From NCBI GenBank assembly GCA_963850305.1, contig CAWKKR010000004.1, positions 566,510 to 630,509 on the forward strand: a DNA stretch of 64,000 bases, written 5' to 3'. A program made the translations under genes and the position numbers. How positions within the stretch are numbered: position 1 is the stretch's first letter; every line of letters begins with the position of its first letter. Source of the stretch: an uncultured delta proteobacterium (GTDB taxonomy: Bacteria; Myxococcota_A; Polyangia; Polyangiales; Polyangiaceae). Shown here one piece after another: positions 50,918-64,000 of the stretch. Under the pieces are notes generated by a model, which was not told the DNA's origin, ran no database searches, and worked only from the letters and a program-made list of their open reading frames with translations.

Positions 50918-51465
50918 AGCGCGTCCGGGGCGTCGCCCGGCGCGCGTTCCTCGTCCTTCTGGCTGGCACGGCGGCACGGCTGCAACCAGCGCGCCATCGA
51001 GTCCTGGCTGTCGCACGGAGACCCCCCCGGGCCCCTCCCTCTACGCCGAAGCGCCTTCGTCCAGGCGTCGCGGAGTCCGGAAGCGAGTCGCGGCGCCCAT
51101 CCAGGCGCTGTCGCTCCTCGTCTATCCGGACCACATCGTGCTCCAGGCGCGGATCGGCGGCTCCGGACAACATCCTCCAGTACGTCTATCGTGCCGGCGT
51201 CGTCTCGGCGCCGGCGCCCGTGAAGCTTCTCGGAACGGGCAAGCTCGACGACAACCTGTTCCCCTCGACGCCGCCAAGGTCGACGCATTCCCCGCGCTCG
51301 CGCGCCGGCGAAGGCGAAGGCGAACATCCCCGAAGGCGTCGTCGCCCGGGTGCTCCTGAAGCGCAACCTGCCCGAGAGCATGGACATCCAGTTCCGAGAA
51401 TTCGTGACCAGCCAGCGCCGCGACGCCTACGTCGGGCCGATCAGAGCGGCAAGCTGCTCGAATAA
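50914..51465 (+). CDS. Putative lipoprotein (left, frameshifted copy)
   Basis: Mirror of 53329..53897; RRAFLVLLAG. Confidence 0.5.
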   Translation: MKRVRGVARRAFLVLLAGTAARLQPARHRVLAVARRPPRAPPSTPKRLRPGVAESGSESRRPSRRCRSSSIRTTSCSRRGSAAPDNILQYVYRAGVVSAPAPVKLLGTGKLDDNLFPSTPPRSTHSPRSRAGEGEGEHPRRRRRPGAPEAQPAREHGHPVPRIRDQPAPRRLRRADQSGKLLE

Positions 51466-51783
51466 AGGCCTTCCCCACGACGTGGGACGTCCTCCTCGCG
51501 CCGCGTGAAGCGATCCTGGCGCGCGATGGGCTCGTCATCACGGCGTGGGGTCCGCTTCCCACGCCTGAGCAGTCGTCACCACCGGAACACGACGTATGTC
51601 GCATGTTCCGCCTGCAACGCGATTGCGACCACGTCCTTAAGCGGCGCGATGCCCATTTCGACCACGGTCGCGTCGATCCCTGACGGCAGAGACGTCACGC
51701 GATAGACGGACCAACCACCGTTCACGTTGGGCCGACCCACCGCACCCGCCCCTCCTCCAGCCTCGCAGGCTCTGCGTGCGGAA

Positions 51784-52484
51784 CTACTGGCACACGGAGC
51801 CGGTGCAGACGCCGCTCGCGCAGTCCGTGCCGGTACTGCACGACGCCGCCGACTTCCGGCGGCATACGCCCGCGCCGTCGCACGCACCCGCGATCTGGGA
51901 GACGATGACGTTGTCGTAGTACGCCGTAGCGGTCTGGCTGTTCGTGTCGCTCTCATCGACGAGATCGACGTACGCGGGATCGTTTTGCCCACGTAGCTGG
52001 TCGCTCCCTGCGGCACCGCCAGGCGGCGGTGATACCAAGTGTTGAGCGCCCGCGAGGTGATGTCGGTCGCCGGGTGCCCGCCGAGCCCGTTCTGGTCCTG
52101 CCACGTGCCGCACGTGGTCGAGTTGCAGTCACGCCAGTACGTGTTGTCGGTGTCGTGAATATCGATGCCGCCCATGCCTCCGACGCTGCTGGTCAGAATG
52201 ACGTCGTATTCGACGGAATCCGCGGCAGCCATCGCACGCGGAGCGCTGCCCGTCGTACCGTTGCCCCCGAGGGTCTTCCAGTAGGCGTAGGCGGCGCCGC
52301 TCGAGTTCGACGTGGCCGTGAACTTCAGCGCGTTGCCGTCCCAGGTGAACGGAATGCCGCTCGTTGCGTTCGTGGCGGACACGTTCGCCGCGGTGTATCC
52401 CGATAGGTTCGGGCCATTGGTTCCGTTGTCCCCCGTGTTGAACCCGGGCGCGGCGCTCTGGTAGATGATGAAGTTCACGGCCAC
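51784..52484 (-). CDS. C-terminal fragment of a secreted protein (beta-sandwich-like domain plus Cys-rich tail), truncated at the fold point
   Basis: VNFIIYQS...VEYDVILT...WQDQNGLGGHP...WYHRRL...YYDNVIV...CDGAGVC...CSTGTDCASGVCTGSVCQ; no N-terminus or signal peptide. Confidence 0.65.
52328..52468. other. 141-bp unique spacer at the centre of the inverted repeat
   Basis: Flanked by ...GTGAACTTCA (52318-52327) and TGAAGTTCAC... (52469-52478); in frame with the minus-strand gene. Confidence 0.9.
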
Positions 52485-53010
52485 GTCGAACTCGAGCGGC
52501 GCCGCCTACGCCTACTGGAAGACCCTCGGGGGCAACGGTACGACGGGCAGCGCTCCGCGTGCGATGGCTGCCGCGGATTCCGTCGAATACGACGTCATTC
52601 TGACCAGCAGCGTCGGAGGCATGGGCGGCATCGATATTCACGACACCGACAACACGTACTGGCGTGACTGCAACTCGACCACGTGCGGCACGTGGCAGGA
52701 CCAGAACGGGCTCGGCGGGCACCCGGCGACCGACATCACCTCGCGGGCGCTCAACACTTGGTATCACCGCCGCCTGGCGGTGCCGCAGGGAGCGACCAGC
52801 TACGTGGGCAAGACGATCGCGTACGTCGATCTCGTCGATGAGAGCGACACGAAGAGCCAGACCGCGACCGCGTACTACGACAACGTCATCGTCTCCCAGA
52901 TCGCGGGTGCGTGCGACGGCGCGGGCGTATGCCGCCGGAAGTCGGCGGCGTCGTGCAGTACCGGCACGGACTGCGCGAGCGGCGTCTGCACCGGCTCCGT
53001 GTGCCAGTAG
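52465..53010 (+). CDS. Mirror copy of the truncated secreted-protein C-terminus
   Basis: KFTATSNSSG...CTGSVCQ; the ATG is created by the junction. Confidence 0.55.
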   Translation: MMKFTATSNSSGAAYAYWKTLGGNGTTGSAPRAMAAADSVEYDVILTSSVGGMGGIDIHDTDNTYWRDCNSTTCGTWQDQNGLGGHPATDITSRALNTWYHRRLAVPQGATSYVGKTIAYVDLVDESDTKSQTATAYYDNVIVSQIAGACDGAGVCRRKSAASCSTGTDCASGVCTGSVCQ

Positions 53011-53328
53011 TTCCGCACGCAGAGCCTGCGAGGCTGGAGGAGGGGCGGGTGCGGTGGGTCGGCCCAACGTGAACGGTGGTTGGTCCGTCTATCGCGTGAC
53101 GTCTCTGCCGTCAGGGATCGACGCGACCGTGGTCGAAATGGGCATCGCGCCGCTTAAGGACGTGGTCGCAATCGCGTTGCAGGCGGGACATGCGACATAC
53201 GTCGTGTTCCGGTGGTGACGACTGCTCAGGCGTGGGAAGCGGACCCCACGCCGTGATGACGAGCCCATCGCGCGCCAGGATCGCTTCACGCGGCGCGAGG
53301 AGGACGTCCCACGTCGTGGGGAAGGCCT

Positions 53329-53897
53329 TTATTCGAGCAGCTTGCCGCTCTGATCGGCCTCGACGTAGGCGTCGCGGCGCTGGCTGGTGACGAATACCCG
53401 GAACTGGATGTCCATGCTCTCGGGCAGGTTGCGCTTGAGGAGCACGCGCGCGACGACGCCTTCGGGGATGTTTGCCTTGGTCTTCGCCAGGCGGGCGAGC
53501 GCCGGGACTGCGCCGACCTTGGCCGCGTCGAGGGGGAACAGGTTGTCGTCGAGCTTGCCCTTGCCGAGGAGCTTCACGGGCGCTGGCGCCGAGAGGACGC
53601 CGGCACGATAGACGTACTGGAGGATGTTCTTCGGAGCCGCGGGATCCTGGGCTTGAAGGACGATGTGGTCCGGGTAGACGAGGAGCGACAGTGCTTGAAT
53701 GGGCGCCGCGACATGCCGCCGGAGTCTCGGCGAACGCCTTGACGAAGGGAGCTTCGGCGTAGAGCGAGGGGCCCGGGGCGGGTGCATCCGATCTGCGAGA
53801 GCCAGGACTCGACCGCGCGCTGGTTGCACGCCGTCGCCGCCGTGCCAGCCAGAAGGACGAGGAAGGCGCGCCGTGCGACGCCCCGGACGCTCTTCAG
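53329..53897 (-). CDS. Putative Tat-type lipoprotein of unknown function (start uncertain; frameshift near 53760)
   Basis: ARRAFLVLLAGTAATAC, then ...LLVYPDHIVLQAQDP...FRVFVTSQRRDAYVEADQSGKLLE. Confidence 0.55.
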
Positions 53898-54969
53898 CCG
53901 GAAATTGCGTGCAAGCCAGCGGGAAAGGATTTCCTTTCCGTCCGCGAGCAGCCGTAGGCTCGTCCACTCGTTCCTTTGGTGCGCCTGGGAGTTGACGCCG
54001 GGACCGAAGTTTACCGCGGGAACCCCCAGCGCGGAAAAGCGAGCGACATCCGTCCACGCTTGTTTCGGCTCGACAGCCGTCACGCCACTCGCGGCAAGGG
54101 CTTCGACGAGGGGGTGCTTACGGAAGGGTAGGGCGGGTGGCGCTTCGTCCACGATGTCGATCTCGGCGTCCCCGCCGACGAGCTCCCGCAGATGGGCCTT
54201 CGCCTCCTCGAGCGTCCGGTCCGGGCCGAAGCGGTGATTTACGTTCACCTCGAAAAGATCCGGCACGATGTTTCTCGCGCGGCCGCCCTTGGCGAGCGTC
54301 GCGCTCGTGACCCGCGACCACTCCAGGCCGTCGATTCTGACTGCGCTCGGGCGCTAGGGACGAAAGCCGCGTCAGGAATCCGGCGGCCTTGTGAATGGCG
54401 TTTTCGCCCTCCCAGGGTCGCGCGCTGTGGGCCGTGCGCCCCAGAAAGCGGACGTTGGCGTGGAGCGATCCGGCGCACCCGAGGTGAAGGCGGTTGTCGC
54501 TGGGCTCGAGACACACCGCGATCGATGCGTTCCTGAGCTCCGGGTCCGAGTCGAGCACGGGGCCCAGCTCGTTCTCGACGAACGGACCTTCTTCACGCGC
54601 GTAAAAGACCAGAGTGAGGTCGAGCGGGGGGCGCCGAGGGCTCTCCGCGACGTCGATCATGAGTGCCAGTCCGCTCTTCATGTCGGAGGCGCCGGGGCCG
54701 TAGAGCTTGTCGCCCTCGACGCGCGGCGGCGCGTCGTGCTCCGTCCTGACCACGTCCAGGTGCCCGACGAGCGCGACGTGGGGGCTCTTCGTTCCGCGGG
54801 TGAGGGGGACGACGATCGAGTCGCCGTAGCGACGGATCGGCGCCGCCAGCGGCACGCGACCGAGCCGCTCCGCGACGGCCGTGCAGAGCGCCGCTTCTTC
54901 GCCGATGGGCGACGGGATCTTGCAGAGCCACAGCAACGTTTCGGTGAGGCCGGCGTCCATGGGCGTCAT
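53894..54969 (-). CDS. dapE: Succinyl-diaminopimelate desuccinylase (right copy, frameshifts near 54340 and 53910)
   Basis: [48 protein letters not shown]-coupled to dapD. Confidence 0.9.
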
Positions 54970-55790
54970 ACCGGCACGTTGAAGTCGCGGAGCGCGGCGT
55001 TGAGGCTCGTCTTGCGATCGGTGCTCTCCTTGCGTTGCCCGATGATGAGCGCGCACGAGACCAGGAATTCCCCGGCGGGGAACTTCCGCGGGCGCACGCC
55101 CGGGATCACGACGCTGCGCGCGGGGATGCGCCCGCGAATCTCGACCGGAGCGGTGCCCGTGACGTCGAGAATGGGGGTCGATGACGTCAGCACGACGCCG
55201 GTGCCGACGACCGCTTCGCGTTCGATGAGCATGCCCTCGACGACCACGCAGCGCGAGCCGAGGAAGCAGCCGTCTTCCACGATGACGGGCTGCGCGCCGG
55301 GCGGCTCGAGCACTCCGCCGATGCCGACGCCGCCAGACAGGTGGCAGTCCTTGCCAATCTGCGCGCACGACCCGACGGTGGCCCACGTGTCGACCATCGT
55401 GCCCGAACCGACGTAAGCGCCGATGTTCACGTAGCCCGGCATGACGATCGCGCCGGCTTCGACGTGGGCGCCGTAGCGGACCGCGCCCGGAGGCACGACG
55501 CGAACGCCGGCCTGGTCGAGCCCGTGCTTGAGCGGGATCTTGTCGAAGTATTCGATGGGCCCCGCGTGCGTCACTTCCATCTTCATGATGCCGAAGTAGA
55601 GGAGCACCGCCTGCTTCACCCAGGCATGCGTCGTCCACCTGCCGGGTGCGTCCTCGGTCGCCACGCGGAGCGTACCCTTATCCAGGCGCGCGACCGCTTC
55701 GAGCACGGCGCTCTTCGTGTCCTCCTTCTCGAGGAGCGTTCGGTCCGCAAAGGCGGCTTCGATGGCCTGTCTGAGTTCGGAGTCGTTCAT
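54966..55790 (-). CDS. dapD: Tetrahydrodipicolinate N-succinyltransferase (right, intact)
   Basis: 274 aa; [35 protein letters not shown]. Confidence 0.97.
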   Translation of the reverse strand: MNDSELRQAIEAAFADRTLLEKEDTKSAVLEAVARLDKGTLRVATEDAPGRWTTHAWVKQAVLLYFGIMKMEVTHAGPIEYFDKIPLKHGLDQAGVRVVPPGAVRYGAHVEAGAIVMPGYVNIGAYVGSGTMVDTWATVGSCAQIGKDCHLSGGVGIGGVLEPPGAQPVIVEDGCFLGSRCVVVEGMLIEREAVVGTGVVLTSSTPILDVTGTAPVEIRGRIPARSVVIPGVRPRKFPAGEFLVSCALIIGQRKESTDRKTSLNAALRDFNVPV

Positions 55791-55802
55791 GACCCCAACG
55801 GT

Positions 55803-56633
55803 CTAGTCCGTCGGACCGAAAGGGAACAGGACGACCGCGGCGTGGGCCTCATGAATCGTCTCCAGCATGATTCCGGCGGAGAGCGCGACCTCCGCGGCGC
55901 ACCGCTCCGAAAGGTCGATCAGCGGCGGGATGGCGACGAGCAGGCCTTCCCCGGCGCCCGCTGGCACGGCCATTCCGATCCGGCATCCGTGCGCCTCCTG
56001 CGCCATCTTCACGTGCAATCCGGCGCCGCGTCCAACGGCCAGCGCCGCCGCGAACGCGAGCAAGCGGACCGCCAGGCGGGGATTGACCCGCACGGAGATC
56101 ATGGGCGGCGCGGAGTCATGCGTGACGCGCACGCGCCGTCCGCGGCCCGAGCCCGTATCGGTCCGGAGAGCACTCTCACGAAGCAAGTCTACCGCATCGA
56201 CGGGGACGCGTCCGGGCGCGCTAGCCTCCACCATCAGCTCCACAAGTTCGAGCGAGCCATCGAGATCGCGCACCCCGGCGGCAATGGACGTCTCCAGCCG
56301 CAGGCGGTCGCCCGCGCGGAGCGAGCCGCGCTTCGTCGCGCCGAACGCCGCGTCGAGCTCGTCCATGCGCCGGGTGATGAGCTCGGCAAGACTTCTCGCC
56401 GACGCGGCCCCGATCCCTCGTCCCTCCGCTCCGGCAACGAGCTCTCGCGCGGCTATTGCCATGGGTTTGCACGACGCGCGCACGTCCGGGATGACGTGCG
56501 CCAAGGCCTTCGGCCCCACCCGGACCGAGCCGAGCAGGTGCTGCAAGTTGTGAATCGCGCCCAGCGTGTCGCGCATCACGCCGCTCGCGCTGGCGAGTCG
56601 CGGATCGACCGATCGCGACGGTGGTGGCCCCAT
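55803..56633 (-). CDS. Hypothetical protein, possibly a degenerate histidine-kinase fold
   Basis: Intact 276-aa ORF between ndk and dapD; helical N-half; C-half with HATPase-like spacing but no N/G boxes. Confidence 0.6.
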   Translation of the reverse strand: MGPPPSRSVDPRLASASGVMRDTLGAIHNLQHLLGSVRVGPKALAHVIPDVRASCKPMAIAARELVAGAEGRGIGAASARSLAELITRRMDELDAAFGATKRGSLRAGDRLRLETSIAAGVRDLDGSLELVELMVEASAPGRVPVDAVDLLRESALRTDTGSGRGRRVRVTHDSAPPMISVRVNPRLAVRLLAFAAALAVGRGAGLHVKMAQEAHGCRIGMAVPAGAGEGLLVAIPPLIDLSERCAAEVALSAGIMLETIHEAHAAVVLFPFGPTD

Positions 56634-56702
56634 TCGAAGAAAGCCTACCGCGTTTTCACGCCTCGCAACCTCGTGGTGCCCATCACCACGCCGGGTGCGT
56701 GC

Positions 56703-57122
56703 TCAGAGCAGATCTTGCCCCGCGAAGAAGTAAGCGGTCTCGAGGCGACCGTTGTCCACGGAATCGGACCCGTGCACGGCGTTTTCACCGACATTCGAGC
56801 CGTGCAGCTTGCGCACGGTACCAGGAGCGGCCTTCGCGGGGTCCGTGGCGCCAATCACGTTCCGGTAGTGCTGCACCGCGTTCTCGCGCTCGATTGCGAT
56901 GACCACCACCGGCCCACGCGTCATGAAAGTGCACAGCTCGTCGAAGAACGAGCGTTCCCGGTGGACGGCGTAGAAGCCTTCCGCCGTGGCCCGCGAGAGC
57001 ACCGTCTGCCGGAGCGCGACGATGCGAAAGCCCTCATCGAGGAGGCGTTGGATGATGTGACCCGAGGCCCGTTTTTCGACGGCGTCGGGCTTGATGATGC
57101 ACAGCGTGCGTTCGATGGCCAT
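56703..57122 (-). CDS. ndk: Nucleoside diphosphate kinase (right, intact)
   Basis: 139 aa; IIKPDAV, NAVHGSDS. Confidence 0.97.
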   Translation of the reverse strand: MAIERTLCIIKPDAVEKRASGHIIQRLLDEGFRIVALRQTVLSRATAEGFYAVHRERSFFDELCTFMTRGPVVVIAIERENAVQHYRNVIGATDPAKAAPGTVRKLHGSNVGENAVHGSDSVDNGRLETAYFFAGQDLL

Positions 57123-57125
57123 TTC

Positions 57126-58025
57126 TCAACCTTTGAGCATGCTCTGGAGCGTCGTCCCCATCTCGGCGGGTGACGGCGCGACCTTTACTCCGGCCGCCTC
57201 GAGCGCGGCAATCTTGTCTTTCGCGGTCCCCTTGCCGCCGCTGATGATGGCGCCCGCGTGCCCCATGCGCTTGCCGGCCGGCGCCGTCGTGCCGGCGATG
57301 AAGCCCGCGACCGGCTTCTTCATGTTCGCCTTGATCCATGCGGCGGCGCGCTCCTCGGCGTTGCCGCCGATCTCGCCGATCATGATCACGCCCGCGGTGC
57401 CCGGGTCGTCGTTGTAGAGCTTCAGACAGTCAATGAAGTCCATGCCGCCGACGGGATCGCCGCCGATGCCGATGCACGTTGACTGCCCGAGACCGAGCGC
57501 GGTGAGCTGTCCGACGGCCTCGTACGTCAGCGTGCCGGAGCGCGACACGACGCCGTACTTACCCGGCCGATGAATATGGCCCGGCATGATGCCGATCTTG
57601 CACGCGCCCGGCGTGATGATGCCCGGACAGTTCGGCCCGATGAGCCGCGTCCCGGACGTTTCGAGCACGCGCCGCACGCGGATCATGTCGACGACGGGGA
57701 TGCCCTCGGTGATGCACACGACCAGCTTCAGTCCCGCGGCGATCGCCTCGAGGATCGAATCCGCGGCGCCGAGCGCCGGCACGAAGATGCACGACGTGTC
57801 CGCGCCCGTCTGCCTCACGGCTTCGGCGACGGTATCGAACACCGGCACGCCGACCTTCTTCCCGTCGGGCGCCATCGCTTCGAACGTCTCGCCGCCGCGA
57901 TTGGGCGTGCAGCCAGCGACGATCTGCGTGCCATAAGCGATGCACTGCCCCGCGTGGAAAGAGCCCGCGCCGCCCGTGATCCCCTGGACCAGGACTTTCG
58001 TATTCTTGTCGACCAGTACGGACAT
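57126..58025 (-). CDS. sucD: Succinyl-CoA synthetase alpha subunit (right copy)
   Basis: Mirror of 46798..47697; one residue differs (GVIMI vs GMIMI). Confidence 0.97.
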   Translation of the reverse strand: MSVLVDKNTKVLVQGITGGAGSFHAGQCIAYGTQIVAGCTPNRGGETFEAMAPDGKKVGVPVFDTVAEAVRQTGADTSCIFVPALGAADSILEAIAAGLKLVVCITEGIPVVDMIRVRRVLETSGTRLIGPNCPGIITPGACKIGIMPGHIHRPGKYGVVSRSGTLTYEAVGQLTALGLGQSTCIGIGGDPVGGMDFIDCLKLYNDDPGTAGVIMIGEIGGNAEERAAAWIKANMKKPVAGFIAGTTAPAGKRMGHAGAIISGGKGTAKDKIAALEAAGVKVAPSPAEMGTTLQSMLKG

Positions 58026-58164
58026 GGCGGGGGACTCTTCAACCAAAGCGCCGAGAAAGGAAGCCCTAATTCCGGTCGTGGCGCCGCGCGAGGGACCCGA
58101 AGCGTGCGCGTCGCCCGGTCTGATCGGACGACCAGGGGTCGGCGCGGTTCGGGGCTCGCCAACG

Positions 58165-58569
58165 TCAGGTCGGACGTCGAGGTCCGGCGCTCGTGAGGGT
58201 GCGCAGGAATGCTCGCAGGTCGGCCGGTCCCTTCGACGCGGCCTCGTCCAGCCGCCCGAGGTCCACGGCTTCGTAAGCGTGAGCGATGACATTGCGGAAC
58301 CCTGCGGCGCGCACCAGCCGGGACGGGAGCGCCGGCTCGAGATGCCCCGCGTCGGCGAGCCGACGAAACGCTTCTTCGTAGGTCCCCGGCGCTCCGAGCT
58401 TCAGCGCGACGCAGGCCGACATCGCGACGTCCACGATTCGCGTCGCTTGCCACAGGTGAAGGATCATCGCGTCCGAGGCGTCGGTAACCGTTTGAAGGTC
58501 GACGGGGTCGGCTGGAAGGCGCGCGGTCACGCGCGCGAGATGGCGTTCGACGGCCGTCGCTTTCTCGTG
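58165..58569 (-). pseudogene. HEPN RNase remnant (right copy)
   Basis: RNVIAH motif; mirror of 46254..46658. Confidence 0.78.
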
Positions 58570-58898
58570 CGTCGAGCTCCGTGAGCAGCGTCCCGTACGC
58601 CGCTCGAACGATGCCGCCCACGTCGCACCAGAACGAGCTCGCTTCGACGACGAATCGATCGAACAGGCCTGACGTGCGTTCGTAGAGGAGTACACCGTCG
58701 CGCGCAGCGCGGTATCTCAAGACGGCCGAGGCGCGCGACAGGTCCGCCGTGTCGACGCGATCGGTGCCGAACACTTCCGCGAGCTCAGATACGAGCCCGG
58801 CGAGCTCGAACGCGCTCGTGGTCGAGTAGGCGAAGTCCCAGTCCGACGTGGCCGTCGCTCCGGCGCGCGCGCGAGCCGTGCAAGACCAGGAAGTCCAG
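58567..58898 (-). pseudogene. MNT antitoxin remnant (right copy)
   Basis: Mirror of 45925..46256 with the same lesions. Confidence 0.7.
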
Positions 58899-58999
58899 CT
58901 ATCGAAGACTCCCACTACCCGGACCGCTTCCCCGAGCTGAGGGGGGGTGCGACGAAATGCGGATTGCGAACCTCTCCGAGGGGGGTAGCGTCGCGCGCG

Positions 59000-60250
59000 A
59001 TGACGGACCCGGCTCCCAACGAACCGCCACCCCCTCGACCCTTTCGCGGCGCGTGGGTGGTCGTTCCGCTTGCGGTCTTCTCGATGCTCGCCGTGGTCGC
59101 GTTCTTTGTGTACCGAGCGTTGCCGCGTGGTTCGGGCGCGGAGGCCGAGACGTTTTCTTACCGCAACGGCCCCGCGGACGGCGGGTTGCCGAGCCTCTGG
59201 AGCGCGCCGAGCTTCTCTCTCTCCGATGAGGAGGGCCACATCCGGACGCAGCGGGACCTCGCCGGGCACGTCTGGATTGCCGACTTCTTCTACACGACGT
59301 GCACGAGCGCTTGCCCGACCCTCTCGGCGAAGCTGGTGCTGCTACAGCGCGAGCTCCCCGAAGGGAACCTGCGTTTCGTGTCGTTCTCGGTCGATCCGCT
59401 ACACGACACGCCGGGGGCGCTCGCCGCGTACCGGAAGGAATGGGGCAGGGACGATCCGCGGTGGATGCTGCTGCAAACGACCCCGGTGGCGCTCGCCAGC
59501 GTCAGCGCCGGCATGCGCGTCTCGGTCGACGCGAGTGGAGACGCACGGAACCCGATCCTGCACACGACGCTGCTCTTCCTGGTGGACCGCGAAGGCAAGG
59601 TGCGTGGCATCTACGATAGCTCGGACGCCGAGGCGCTCGCTCGCTTGAAGCGGGACGCGCGGAAGCTCGTGGGAGGGCCGGTCGGCGCGCAGGCGAACGC
59701 GGGAGACACGGGCGCGGCGCTCTTCTCGTCACTCGGCTGTGCCGGGTGTCACGACCAGGACAAGATCGCGCCGTCGCTCGCAGGAATGAAGGGCCGTACC
59801 GTCGCGCTCGAGGGCGGGGGCAGCGTGCTCGCCGACACGGCTTACATTCGCGAGTCGCTCCTGTCCCCCGGCGCCAAGATCGCGGCGGGGTATCTGAATC
59901 TGATGCCGTCTTATGACGGTCATCTGTCCGGCGAACAACTGCAGCGTCTGGTGGACTACGTCGCCGCGCTCGGGCCAGCGACTGCCGCACCGGGCTCGTC
60001 GGCCATGCCGGCGGTCGGCGTCGACGGGACGGTCACGGCTGCCGTCGCTTCCGCAGGCGCGAAGGCGCCGTCGAGCGCTGGAGCTGCAACGCCGACGCTC
60101 GGTGTCGATCCTGTCTGCGGCATGAAGGTCCGCATCACGAAGGATACTCCCGAGGCCGACTACCGCGGCCACGCTTATCACTTCTGCTCCGAATCCTGCC
60201 GAGACAAATTCGTCGCCGACTCCGCCCGCTACGCAAAGGACGCGAACTAG
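59000..60250 (+). CDS. SCO-cytochrome c-YHS fusion (right copy)
   Basis: Translation identical to 44573..45823. Confidence 0.9.
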   Translation: MTDPAPNEPPPPRPFRGAWVVVPLAVFSMLAVVAFFVYRALPRGSGAEAETFSYRNGPADGGLPSLWSAPSFSLSDEEGHIRTQRDLAGHVWIADFFYTTCTSACPTLSAKLVLLQRELPEGNLRFVSFSVDPLHDTPGALAAYRKEWGRDDPRWMLLQTTPVALASVSAGMRVSVDASGDARNPILHTTLLFLVDREGKVRGIYDSSDAEALARLKRDARKLVGGPVGAQANAGDTGAALFSSLGCAGCHDQDKIAPSLAGMKGRTVALEGGGSVLADTAYIRESLLSPGAKIAAGYLNLMPSYDGHLSGEQLQRLVDYVAALGPATAAPGSSAMPAVGVDGTVTAAVASAGAKAPSSAGAATPTLGVDPVCGMKVRITKDTPEADYRGHAYHFCSESCRDKFVADSARYAKDAN

Positions 60251-60286
60251 CGAAGGACGCGTCGAGCGCGTGAGCGCGCCTTCGCG

Positions 60287-61486
<1,200 letters not shown>

Positions 61487-61688
61487 GGGATGAGTCTGTT
61501 TGTGCTTGTCGAATCGGCTGGGGTCACGCGGCCCTTCCAACTCGGGAGGAGTGCGCCGCCGGCCTCGCCGGTTTGTTTCTTGGGTCGTGGCCCTGCGTGA
61601 CGATCGAGATCTGTTCTTCCGAGGATGGTGAGGTCTAGCTGGGCCGGCCTGCAGCCGGCGGGTTCCGTTCTGTTGAAAGTCGAGGGGG

Positions 61689-64000
<2,312 letters not shown>

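Noticed and set aside
52328..52468. Hairpin telomere or protelomerase site of a linear replicon
   Set aside because: The centre is an asymmetric 141-bp coding spacer inside a gene, not a perfect palindromic target, and no telomere resolvase is seen. Not fully excluded without reads.
53574..54266. DapE-lipoprotein fusion in the right arm
   Set aside because: The left arm has the normal WLHAISG-stop. The right arm has one extra base near 53910 that causes read-through.

Overview
High-GC bacterial chromosomal DNA. Gene content points to Myxococcota, probably Polyangiales: TIGR02266-type PilZ protein, eukaryote-like Ser/Thr kinases, triple-DsbA protein, ACIII-caa3 operon and a Cys-rich secreted protein. 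The taxonomy is inference. Bases 1-40.8 kb are single-copy: erythromycin-esterase-family gene, tRNA-Arg(CCG), PilZ/kinase signalling cluster, triple-DsbA gene with an upstream signal-peptide ORF ending in RPPR, dual-domain kinase, MATE, TatT-type TRAP transporter, pyrG, dacB, alternative complex III plus A2-type caa3 oxidase operon, a sigma70 gene with a sigma54-type promoter, an ABC exporter and rpmI-rplT-pheS without infC or pheT. From 40815 to the window end the sequence is one giant inverted repeat (arms of at least 11.5 kb, 141-bp spacer at 52328-52468). It duplicates icd-mdh-sucC-[SCO/cyt c/YHS fusion, decayed MNT-HEPN]-sucD-ndk-hyp-dapD-dapE and cuts a secreted-protein gene at the fold. 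It is most likely a long-read fold-back or assembly artefact. Scattered frameshifts in essential genes indicate low-accuracy consensus. Best biological leads: (i) a candidate arrest-peptide leader upstream of the triple-DsbA gene; (ii) a 51-aa ORF in the usual SCO slot of the ACIII-caa3 operon, together with a relocated SCO-cytochrome c-YHS fusion between sucC and sucD; (iii) a sigma54-driven sigma70 gene next to the respiratory operon.
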